Shown here piece by piece: positions 7,879 to 15,694 of a stretch of 64,000 nucleotides of DNA. The stretch lies in assembly GCA_041666245.1 (NCBI GenBank), contig JBAYHG010000003.1, positions 15,977 to 79,976 of the forward strand, in the 5' to 3' direction. The translations under genes were made by a program, and so were the position numbers. Source of the DNA: Candidatus Peribacteraceae bacterium. GTDB lineage: Bacteria; Patescibacteriota; Gracilibacteria; Peribacterales; Peribacteraceae. Position 1 is the stretch's first letter. The number at the start of each line of letters is the position of its first letter. A model generated the notes under the pieces. That model searched no databases. It was given only the letters and a program-made list of their open reading frames with translations, and was not told where the DNA came from.

Positions 7879-9108
7879 TCAGGAACCGCGAAGTTTCTTG
7901 CAGATGTCGCGGATGGCGGGAGCCACGGTGCGGATTTCCTCCTCCGTGTTGTAGAGGGCGACAGAGAGACGAGTCGTTGCGAGGAGTCCGAGACGTTCAT
8001 GGAGGAGTTTGGCGCAATGATTGCCGGCGCGCAGACAGATGCCGCGTTCCCCCAGCAGGTGCGCGAGATCGTGCGCATGGACGCCGTCGACGGTGAAGAT
8101 CACGGAACCCGACCGTTCCGTAATATTCTGCGGTCCGTACATCTTCAGCCCGGACACCCCGCTCAATTCCTGCATGACGAGCGAGAGGAGGCGTGCTTCA
8201 TGCGCCTCGATGTCTTTCCAGGAATACTTCGAGAACCACTCAATGGCCGCGCCGAGGCCCACTACTTCCGCGACAGGCGGTGTGCCGCCCTCGAAGCGGG
8301 TTGGAATTTCTGCGGCGACGAAACTGTCCGAGCACACATCCTCCATCATCATGCCTCCGCCGAGGAGCGGCGGGAGTTTGTTCAGCAGATTCCCTCTCCC
8401 CCACAGAATTCCGATGCCGGTAGGACCGAAAAGCTTGTGTCCCGAGAAGGCGAGGAAATCGCATCCGAGCGTCGTGACATTCATTTCGTGGTGCGCGATG
8501 GATTGCGCGGCATCAACGAGGACGAGAGCTCCTGCGCCGTGTGCGCGTTCGATGATCGCCTCGAGCGGCGGGCGATTGCCGAGCACGTTCGACAGCGCCG
8601 TCACCGGAATGAGACGGACTGCTCCGTCCTTCAGGATCTCGTCGAGTGAGTGGAGGTCGAGATGCCCCTCCGGGTCGGTGTCGATCCATCGGATCTCGAA
8701 GCCTTTCTCCTCCCTCAGCATGAGCCACGGTACGAGATTGCTGTGATGCTCCAGGAGTGAGATGGCGATGGCATCTCCTTTCCCCCATTTCGCTGCGAGC
8801 CCGCGTGCGACGATGTTGATGCTCTCGGTGGCGTTCTTCGTGAAGATCACTTCCTCCTGGCGGGGCGCGTGGATGAACCGGGTGACCGTTGCCCGGGCGT
8901 GTTCGAATGCCTCCGTCGCCCGCTCCGCCAATGGGTGCATTCCCCGGTGCGGATTGGCATTGTCCCGCTCGTAGAAGTGCGTCATGGCATCCAGGACAAC
9001 ATGCGGTTTCTGCGTGGTTGCGGCATTGTCGAGGTACACGAGCGGATTGCCGTTCACTTGCTGATTGAGAGCGGGAAACTGGCGACGGATGGCGGGGAGA
9101 TCAAGCAT
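7879..9108 (-). CDS. sufS: Cysteine desulfurase, SufS type (class V aminotransferase)
   Basis: 409 aa: MLDLPAIRRQFPAL..VYLDNAATTQKP..YERDNANPHRGMH..FSGHKLFGPTGIGILWG..RAGNHCA... It sits directly upstream of sufU on the same strand. Confidence 0.9.
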   Translation of the reverse strand: MLDLPAIRRQFPALNQQVNGNPLVYLDNAATTQKPHVVLDAMTHFYERDNANPHRGMHPLAERATEAFEHARATVTRFIHAPRQEEVIFTKNATESINIVARGLAAKWGKGDAIAISLLEHHSNLVPWLMLREEKGFEIRWIDTDPEGHLDLHSLDEILKDGAVRLIPVTALSNVLGNRPPLEAIIERAHGAGALVLVDAAQSIAHHEMNVTTLGCDFLAFSGHKLFGPTGIGILWGRGNLLNKLPPLLGGGMMMEDVCSDSFVAAEIPTRFEGGTPPVAEVVGLGAAIEWFSKYSWKDIEAHEARLLSLVMQELSGVSGLKMYGPQNITERSGSVIFTVDGVHAHDLAHLLGERGICLRAGNHCAKLLHERLGLLATTRLSVALYNTEEEIRTVAPAIRDICKKLRGS

Positions 9109-9185
9109 CTGGAAAGCATGATAGCAGGTTGCTTTGCACGTTTTTCGTGGTTTGCCGCCAATTTTCTGCTAGGCTTCGCCACACT

Positions 9186-12011
9186 ATGCAGAAGAAAACC
9201 ATCCAGATTCTCTCCCTGATCCTCTTCGTTTGTCTCCTCCTTTGGGGGGGATTCGCGCTCCTCTCGTACCTCGGGATTCCCGTGCACGGGGTTGTCCTCC
9301 TCAATGAGGCCGCACAGAAGCAGGCGGAGACGGCATGCGCATCCGATGGGTTTTTCTGCAGAGGCCTCGCGGCGCTCCTGCCTTCCATCAGCCACTTGAT
9401 CAGTCGATCGGCACCGTTCTTCGGATACGCGTTCGTGTGCATGCTCCTCTGGCTCCTCTTCGCAGGTTGGCGTTTGCTCGTGACGGGAGAGGGCAGGGTG
9501 AGGATCTCCTGGCGGCCTATCTACTTCCCTCTTCTCTTCCTCGGTCTTGTTTGGGTGCTCTTCACCACACTCTCCGCGGGGTCCCAGGATGGCATGCCTG
9601 TGCGACAGATCGTGGAGCCGACGAGCCAGGCATACGGTTCGCTTAGCGGTAACCAGCTCCAGGCGCTCAAGACTAATTTCGATCAGCTTCAAAAGAAGGG
9701 CTGCCTCGTCGTGGCAGGCCAGGCCAGGGAGGGGATCAATGTGTACTGGATGCGCAATTCGTGCATTCAAAGTGCGTTCATGACGACCGCGTTGCCGCAG
9801 TTCCTTCTCGTGTGTGTCCTCCTTTTCGAGCTCCTCGTTCTCGGACGGTTCCTGCTCCGTCTCCTCGGAGTTCGAACGCGCACATTCGTGGAAGAGATTG
9901 CGCTCAGCGCCGGGATCGGGGCCGGAGGCTGGATCGCGTTGCTCTGGACTCTCGCTGTCGTCGGTCTCTATGTACAGCTGGCCGGCTGGCTCCTCGCCGT
10001 TCTCATTCCAATTGTCTGTTGCAAGGACGCACTCGCCTGGGCTCGTCGCTTCCTTCAGCCTTCCCCTTTCGAGTGCTCCTGGCGTTCGGTGCAGCTCTTC
10101 TTCGGCTGGCTGCTCTTCAGCTACCTCGCGCTCAATTTTCTCACGGTCATCCGCCCCTTCCCCATCGGTTGGGATGATCTGGGCAGCTACATCAATCGGC
10201 CGCGCCTGCTCGTGAGCTACGGGCACTTCATTTTCCCGATGTCGTCATTCCAGTGGGAGTACATCACGTCGGTGGGTTTCCTCCTCTTCGGTTACGACAG
10301 TCTCTTCGCAGCAACGGCCGCGATGGTCATCAATTGGACGGAAGGTCTCCTGGCGATTCTTGCAGTCTTCCTCTTCGGGCGGACGTTCCTCGGCAGCGGT
10401 CGTGGTCTGCTCTCCGCGCTCCTCTACTACACGCTTCCTATTGTCGGTCACTTCTCCTTTGCGGACATGAAGATCGACAACGCCGTGTTCATGAGCGGGG
10501 CATTGGCTGTTTTCTGCGTGTTCGTTGCGCTCTTTCCTCCCGAAGAAAGCGAGACACCTCTCCCCGAAGCGGCAGGATGGAGACGGTATCTTCCGTTGCG
10601 TTGGCAGTGGATTGTTCTCGGCGGATTGCTTGCTGGTCTCTCTTTTGGGATGAAGGCCACGGCGGCGATGGTCATCCTGGCCATCCTTGCGATGCTCCTT
10701 GGTGTTGCACATCTCTCCGCCGCGTTCGCCGGCGTCCTCTTCACGATCTATGTTTTTGTCACTCAAGGTGCTCTCAACCTCGGAGATGTAGCGACGCGAA
10801 TCGCAGGGGGGACGATGCTTGTTTCCCGGTCTTTCGTGATGGCGATTCTCGGTTTCATCATTGTGCTCCTCATGGGCTGGGCACTCCGGCGGCGACCTCT
10901 TGCAGTGGTTCGTTCCTTCGTGATGACCGCTCTCTTCCTCTGTGGCGTCGGTCTCGCCGTCGCCCCCTGGCTGCTTCACAACAATCTGCTCGCAGGCAAC
11001 GTCGTACCCCACCTCCTCCTCACGGCACCCAATAATTTCACGCCCCAAATGGACTTCCGCAACTTCGGTATCCGAGGGGCGCCGGGGCAGGACGTGCGCA
11101 CGCTCCCCGCCGAGTTGCAGCTGGATCCCAAGAACGCCGCCTGCGGTTCCACGGCCGGATCCGAGGAGCTCGACCGGTACTGGGGATTCGGCAAGGGTTG
11201 GAGCCACTACCTCACACTTCCCTGGCGCACGGTGATGAACCTCGATGCCCCCGGGTACTACGTGACGACCATGCCGGGACTCCTCATCTTCCCGCTTCTC
11301 CTCCTCCTGCCTTTCTTCTGGATGAAGCGTGGGCGTTGGTTGCGCTGGCTCTTCCTCGTCACGTCCGTCCTCATCGTCGAGTGGATGTTCCTCGCCAACG
11401 GCATTCCCTGGTACGGCATCGGCATGTTCCTCGGACTCGTCGTCGGTCTGGAGGCATTCATCGTCCATGCGCCGGATACACTCAATAAGACGCTGGCCGG
11501 AATTCTCATCGCATCCTCGCTCATGATCTGCTTCGCGATGCGTTTCTGGCAATTCGATCAGCAGCGCAACCTCCTCGAGTACCCCATGGGCAAGATCTCC
11601 GCGGACACGCTGCGGATCCGGACGATTCCCTACTACGATCAGATACGAGCATCGGTCATGGAGCGCAACACATTCATGCCTGACCGGCCGTACCTGTATC
11701 GCGTGGGGACGTTCATTCCCTACTTCATCCCGCGGAATCTGGAGGTCATTGGGATAACGGATCACCAGCTGGATGCATTCAATTGTCTGAATCAGGAACG
11801 CAACCCCGAGCTCACACTCAAGCGTCTGAAGGCGTTGGGATTCAACAGCATCGTCTTCGACACGAATACCGCGACGATCGAGCAGGACCCCAATGGCTCA
11901 CTTCACAAGAAGGTGCAGGAGTTTGCGAATTTCCTCAACACGCCCTCGCTCGGGCTGCAGATCGTCGTCAACGATCCTCCGCAGGGGGTGGCATTCATCC
12001 TCATTCCCTGA
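9186..12011 (+). CDS. Very large polytopic membrane protein with C-terminal soluble domain (putative GT-C-like glycosyltransferase)
   Basis: About 941 aa from the ATG at 9186 (MQKKTIQILSLILFVCLLLWGG). It has at least 16 hydrophobic segments and a soluble C-terminal ~130 aa. A GT2 + DUF2304-like pair lies downstream. The track start at 9129 is a TTG. The function is inferred from architecture and context only. Confidence 0.6.
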   Translation: MQKKTIQILSLILFVCLLLWGGFALLSYLGIPVHGVVLLNEAAQKQAETACASDGFFCRGLAALLPSISHLISRSAPFFGYAFVCMLLWLLFAGWRLLVTGEGRVRISWRPIYFPLLFLGLVWVLFTTLSAGSQDGMPVRQIVEPTSQAYGSLSGNQLQALKTNFDQLQKKGCLVVAGQAREGINVYWMRNSCIQSAFMTTALPQFLLVCVLLFELLVLGRFLLRLLGVRTRTFVEEIALSAGIGAGGWIALLWTLAVVGLYVQLAGWLLAVLIPIVCCKDALAWARRFLQPSPFECSWRSVQLFFGWLLFSYLALNFLTVIRPFPIGWDDLGSYINRPRLLVSYGHFIFPMSSFQWEYITSVGFLLFGYDSLFAATAAMVINWTEGLLAILAVFLFGRTFLGSGRGLLSALLYYTLPIVGHFSFADMKIDNAVFMSGALAVFCVFVALFPPEESETPLPEAAGWRRYLPLRWQWIVLGGLLAGLSFGMKATAAMVILAILAMLLGVAHLSAAFAGVLFTIYVFVTQGALNLGDVATRIAGGTMLVSRSFVMAILGFIIVLLMGWALRRRPLAVVRSFVMTALFLCGVGLAVAPWLLHNNLLAGNVVPHLLLTAPNNFTPQMDFRNFGIRGAPGQDVRTLPAELQLDPKNAACGSTAGSEELDRYWGFGKGWSHYLTLPWRTVMNLDAPGYYVTTMPGLLIFPLLLLLPFFWMKRGRWLRWLFLVTSVLIVEWMFLANGIPWYGIGMFLGLVVGLEAFIVHAPDTLNKTLAGILIASSLMICFAMRFWQFDQQRNLLEYPMGKISADTLRIRTIPYYDQIRASVMERNTFMPDRPYLYRVGTFIPYFIPRNLEVIGITDHQLDAFNCLNQERNPELTLKRLKALGFNSIVFDTNTATIEQDPNGSLHKKVQEFANFLNTPSLGLQIVVNDPPQGVAFILIP

Positions 12012-12024
12012 TCGCAGGGAAGCT

Positions 12025-12086
12025 CCAAATCCCAAGGAACCAAATCCCAAGAACGATTGGGTTTTGGGGCTTGGGGTTTGGGGTTT
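12025..12086 (+). terminator. Long hairpin of AAATCCCAAG-type units (terminator-like; no clear U-tract)
   Basis: CCAAATCCCAAGGAACCAAATCCCAAG..ACGA..TTGGGTTTTGGGGCTTGGGGTTTGGGG lies 14 nt after the stop of 9186..12011. The arms pair with G-U wobbles. It is homologous to 20827..20918. Confidence 0.5.
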
Positions 12087-12117
12087 CGATGTTCGGATTG
12101 TGCTACCCTATTTTCCA

Positions 12118-12783
12118 ATGATTATTGCGGTCATTCCGGCCTTCAACGAAGCCAAGCGCGTCGGTCCGGTTGTGGAGGGTGCGCGTCGCTTCGCGGAAGC
12201 GGTGATCGTGGTGGATGACGGATCCACGGACGAGACGGTTTCCGTGTGCGAACGGGCCGGCGCGCACGTCGTACGTCACCTGGAGAATGCGGGTGCGGGC
12301 GCCGCGACGATGACGGGACTGGAGGCGGCGAGAACGATGGGCGCGACGACGGTCATCACACTGGATGCCGATGGGCAGCATGACCCCTCCGATATCCCGC
12401 TGGTCCTCGCGCCGATCCATGAGGGGCGGGCGGACATCGTCTTTGCCAACCGGTTCGGTCAGCGCAACAACATTCCCGCGATCCGCCGCATCTTCAACAG
12501 CATCGGCAATGTGCTCACACTGCTCGCGGCGGGCATGTGGGTCAGCGACAGCCAGTGCGGATTCAAGGCCTTCGGGCCGAAGGCGCTCTCAGAAATCGAC
12601 CTGCGCATGACGGGGTTCGAATTCTGTACGGAGATCGTCCGGGAGGCGGCGGTCCGGCACTGGCGCGTCGCACAGGTGCCGACGAAAGTCATTTACTCCG
12701 AATACACTATGGCGAAAGGCCAATCCTTCGCCAATGGCGTAAAGACAGCTTTACGCATTCTCCTCCGATCGATCCTACGCTAG
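12118..12783 (+). CDS. GT2 family glycosyltransferase (polyprenyl-phosphate sugar synthase type)
   Basis: MIIAVIPAFNEAKRVGPVVEG..VIVVDDGSTDET..ITLDADGQHDP..SQCGFKAF.. shows the DxD and GT-A motifs. The ATG at 12118 was confirmed. The track ORF start at 11893 lies inside the previous gene. Confidence 0.85.
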   Translation: MIIAVIPAFNEAKRVGPVVEGARRFAEAVIVVDDGSTDETVSVCERAGAHVVRHLENAGAGAATMTGLEAARTMGATTVITLDADGQHDPSDIPLVLAPIHEGRADIVFANRFGQRNNIPAIRRIFNSIGNVLTLLAAGMWVSDSQCGFKAFGPKALSEIDLRMTGFEFCTEIVREAAVRHWRVAQVPTKVIYSEYTMAKGQSFANGVKTALRILLRSILR

Positions 12784-12792
12784 GATTCCACC

Positions 12793-13179
12793 ATGAGCCT
12801 CACGCCTTACCAGATTGCAGCCCCCCTCGTTTCGTTCATTGCATTGGTTTACGCATGGAATCTCGTGCTGCGTCAGAAGAAATCGGTGCTGGAGGCTATC
12901 TTCTGGACGCTTTTCTGGGGCGCTATCGCGCTCATTGCGCTGAAGCCGAATCTCGTTTCGTACCTCTCGACTGCCACGGGCATTGCCAACCAGGAAAATG
13001 CCGTCATCGTGACGTTCGTCGGCATCCTCTTCTTCATGGTGTTCTACCTCGTTGTGCGCCTGGAGGAGCTGGAGCAGCGGCATGCGAAGGTGGTGAGGAT
13101 TCTCGCATTGAGGGAAGCCGGATTGGAGAACGGACGGGAAGTAAAGGAAACAAAGGAAGCTAAGGAAGCTAAGGAATAA
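12793..13179 (+). CDS. Small 3-4 TM membrane protein, DUF2304-like partner of the preceding GT2
   Basis: 128 aa: MSLTPYQIAAPLVSFIALVYAWNLVLRQKK..FWGAIALIALKP..VIVTFVGILFFMVFYLVVRLEELE... The size, topology and position after a GT2 match the DUF2304 pattern as I remember it. The C-terminal KETKEAKEAKE is encoded by a 9-nt repeat. Confidence 0.6.
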   Translation: MSLTPYQIAAPLVSFIALVYAWNLVLRQKKSVLEAIFWTLFWGAIALIALKPNLVSYLSTATGIANQENAVIVTFVGILFFMVFYLVVRLEELEQRHAKVVRILALREAGLENGREVKETKEAKEAKE

Positions 13180-13213
13180 TATCCTTTGACTCCTTTGATT
13201 CTTCTGAATCCTC
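13144..13213. repeat. Imperfect hairpin of 9-nt AAGGAAGCT-type units spanning a gene junction
   Basis: The left arm is AAGGAAACAAAGGAAGCTAAGGAAGCTAAGGAA, the loop is TAATAT, and the right arm is CCTTTGACTCCTTTGATTCTTCTGAATCCTC. About two thirds of positions pair by hand alignment. Confidence 0.5.
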
Positions 13214-13233
13214 TGCTTCTTCTCTCCGAACGC

Positions 13234-14382
13234 GTGAAGACCATTCTTCTCATCAGCCCCTACTGGAAAGAGCCCCATCGCTGGATGGTGAGTTCGGTGA
13301 AGTTGGCGGAACTCTGGCGACGCCTGGGATATCGCGTGGTCGTTGCATGTATGGGGAACGCCCTCACCCCCAACCCCTCTCCCGCGGGGAGAGGGGAGCG
13401 CGTTTCCATGCAGTCGGTGTCCGATTCTCTGAAGATTTATCGTATGAAGGACATCTTTCTGAAAGACCCCTGGAACTACGGCATCGCGTTCGGGTTCTCC
13501 GGATTCGTGATGGACATTGTGAGGCAAGAGAAGCCGGATCTCATCGTCATCAACAAGCTCCTCTTCTGGACGTCGCTCTCGGCATGCAGACTCCGGCTCG
13601 CCGGGAAGAAATTCCTCCTCCTCACGGATGCGTTCGTGGGGATGACGTGGTGGCCGCGTGGACGATTGCCGAAGATCGGCGCTGCGATCTACGCGTGGAC
13701 GCTCGGATGGTTGATCCTTCTCTTCGCCGAGAAGGTCGTGACGTTCCATCCGCAGCCGCAGAAGCTTCTTTCGCGGCTTGGCATCGCGAAGAAGACGCAA
13801 GTCATTCCCACGGGTCTCGACCCCTCATTCCACGTGCCGCGCGTCCATCACCGCGATCCGCGCGTCATTGTGACGTACGTGGGGCGATTGGAATCGGTGA
13901 AGGGCGTCGATGATTTCCTCGAAGCCGTCACGCCGCTCCTCGCTCACCATCCCGAGGCGCTCATCCAGGTCGTTGGCTGGTACAAAGACGCACATCCTCT
14001 CGTTGAGCGTCACGCACATCAGGTGACGTTCACAGGCTTGCGGGAAGACGTACCGGCCATCCTTTCCGAGTCAGACATCTTCGTCCTCCCGAGCTACAGC
14101 GAGGGACTCAGCAATGCGCTCATGGAGGCGATGGCGAGCGGCTGCGCGTGCGTTGCATCCGATGTCGGCGGCAATCGTTTCCTCATTCAGAACGGTATCA
14201 CGGGCTTCCTCTTTCCGGTGGGGGATCGGGAGGCGCTGGCGGCGCATGTTCGGCGTCTCATCAATGATCCTTCGAAGAGACAAACGTTGGGAGAAGCGGC
14301 GAGGAAACGGATCGTCGAGCATTTTTCGTGGGAAGTCGTTTCAAAAATGTACGAAAATCTCTTCTCCGTATTCAACTCATGA
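13234..14382 (+). CDS. GT4 family glycosyltransferase carrying an in-frame REP-like insertion
   Basis: VKTILLISPYWKEPHRWMVSSVKLAEL..(NPSPAGRGE insert)..VTYVGRLESVKGVDDF..LPSYSEGLSNALMEAMASGCACVASDVGGN.. shows the EX7E-type GT-B C-domain motif. The GTG at 13234 is preferred over the TTG at 13186, which lies in the repeat. Confidence 0.8.
   Translation: MKTILLISPYWKEPHRWMVSSVKLAELWRRLGYRVVVACMGNALTPNPSPAGRGERVSMQSVSDSLKIYRMKDIFLKDPWNYGIAFGFSGFVMDIVRQEKPDLIVINKLLFWTSLSACRLRLAGKKFLLLTDAFVGMTWWPRGRLPKIGAAIYAWTLGWLILLFAEKVVTFHPQPQKLLSRLGIAKKTQVIPTGLDPSFHVPRVHHRDPRVIVTYVGRLESVKGVDDFLEAVTPLLAHHPEALIQVVGWYKDAHPLVERHAHQVTFTGLREDVPAILSESDIFVLPSYSEGLSNALMEAMASGCACVASDVGGNRFLIQNGITGFLFPVGDREALAAHVRRLINDPSKRQTLGEAARKRIVEHFSWEVVSKMYENLFSVFNS
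13374..13396. repeat. REP-like perfect palindrome CCCCTCTCCC-GCG-GGGAGAGGGG inside the GT4 coding sequence
   Basis: A 10-bp stem with a 3-nt loop, read directly from the sequence. It translates in frame as ..TPNPSPAGRGERV... Confidence 0.8.
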
Positions 14383-14403
14383 TTCATTCGAAGAATATCT
14401 TTT

Positions 14404-14620
14404 TTCCTTCCCCTACTTTCTCTGTCTGCCCGACAGAGAAAGTAGCAAAGAGAGCGCACCACGCGCCAAGGCTCCTCCGCCCGGCCCGGTACCTCCTCAC
14501 CGGCTCCTCCAAGGTTTCGGAGCCGTCTCGTCGGTATGTGCTGCGGCACCGGGCCTTCCCCTTCACCCCCCGTGGCGCGCGGGGCCTCGCCTGTATGTTG
14601 TTTGATGTTTGTTTTTGTAG
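14404..14620 (+). repeat. Structured intergenic repeat, copy A (full length)
   Basis: It aligns by eye with 24411..24615 and 27795..27885. It has a perfect 14-bp hairpin at 14413..14445, a second hairpin CCGGCTCC..GGAGCCG, a ~63-nt block nearly identical to copy B, and a T/G-rich tail ending at the start of the next gene. Confidence 0.8.
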
Positions 14621-14626
14621 GTGTGT

Positions 14627-15694
14627 ATGTTGAAATCTTCAATCGTCATTCTGTCGGCTTTCGTCACTCCCTTCCGCAGCGGGGCGGAGGCATGCGTGGA
14701 GGAGGTTTCGTCCCGTCTCAAGGATCGCTTCGACATCACCATCGTGACGGCGAGATTGCGTCGTGATTTGCCCGGGCGCGATGTCCTCAACGGCGTGAAT
14801 GTCGTGCGCGTCGGCATCGGATCGTCCGCTGACAAGTGGTTCTTCCCCGTGCTCGCCCCCTTCGCAGCGAAGAAGCTCCGTCCGCAGATCGTCCACGCCG
14901 TTCTCGAGTCCTACGCAGGGGCAGCGATGATGTTCTGCGGGTGCATCGTGCCCGGAGCGAAGCGGATCCTCACATGTCAGAGCACGAATACTTCCTTCCT
15001 CGTCTCCGCGATGCACAAGCTGGCGGACAGAGTGACCGTGATCAGCTCCGTGCTCGTCGAACGCGCGAAGAAATTCGGTCGGAGCGATGTTACGTTGATC
15101 CCGAACGGGATACCGTACGGCGCTATCCGCGAAGAGTGTTCGAAGACGCCGAAGGTGACAGGAAGGATCCTCTTCGTGGGCCGGCTCGAGCAGATGAAAG
15201 GCGTCGATACGCTGCTCGCTGCATTACGACTGCTGAAGGAGAAGACGGGACAGATCCCGGATCTGCACGTGATCGGCGATGGAAGCCTGCGTGGCGTTCT
15301 TGAGGCGCAGAGCCGTTCCTTCCTTTCAGAGGGCAGCTTCTACGGGTACCTCCCGCCCGCTGAAGTTCAACGCGAGATGGCCGAGGCCGAGATTTTCGTC
15401 GGACTCTCACGGTCAGAGGCGCTCGGCAATGTGTTCCTGGAGGCGCAGGCTGCGGGATGCGCGGTCGTCGGGACGAATGTCGGCGGGATACCGGATATCG
15501 TGAAGAACGGTGCCAACGGATTGCTTGTTCCCGCGGACGATCCGGCGAAGGCGAGCGTGGCGATCGAGAAGTTGCTCAAAGATTCACCGGAGAGGCTGCG
15601 GCTTTCCGAAGCGGGGATCGCGTTCGCGAAGCAGTATGACTGGCAGGGGATCGCGGAGAAGTATGCCTCCGTTTATGAAGCGTCGTTGCGGTGA
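14627..15694 (+). CDS. GT4 family glycosyltransferase
   Basis: MLKSSIVILSAFVTPFRSGAEACVEEV..ILFVGRLEQMKGVDTL..GLSRSEALGNVFLEAQAAGCAVVGTNVGGIPDIV... The ATG at 14627 is preferred over the GTG at 14621. Confidence 0.85.
   Translation: MLKSSIVILSAFVTPFRSGAEACVEEVSSRLKDRFDITIVTARLRRDLPGRDVLNGVNVVRVGIGSSADKWFFPVLAPFAAKKLRPQIVHAVLESYAGAAMMFCGCIVPGAKRILTCQSTNTSFLVSAMHKLADRVTVISSVLVERAKKFGRSDVTLIPNGIPYGAIREECSKTPKVTGRILFVGRLEQMKGVDTLLAALRLLKEKTGQIPDLHVIGDGSLRGVLEAQSRSFLSEGSFYGYLPPAEVQREMAEAEIFVGLSRSEALGNVFLEAQAAGCAVVGTNVGGIPDIVKNGANGLLVPADDPAKASVAIEKLLKDSPERLRLSEAGIAFAKQYDWQGIAEKYASVYEASLR

Noticed and set aside
9054-11765. Minus-strand ORFs 9054..10226 (390 aa) and 10245..11765 (506 aa)
   Set aside because: They are antisense to the 941-aa membrane protein gene. 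They are extremely Glu/Arg/His-rich and low in complexity, as expected from reading hydrophobic GC-rich codons backwards.
14413-14445. Hairpin 1 of the intergenic repeat as a simple Rho-independent terminator of the upstream GT gene
   Set aside because: No U-tract follows it on either strand (it is followed by CAAAGAGAGCGC on + and by GGGGAAGGAAAAAA on -). It is always accompanied by the same downstream blocks, so it was treated as part of a larger element instead.
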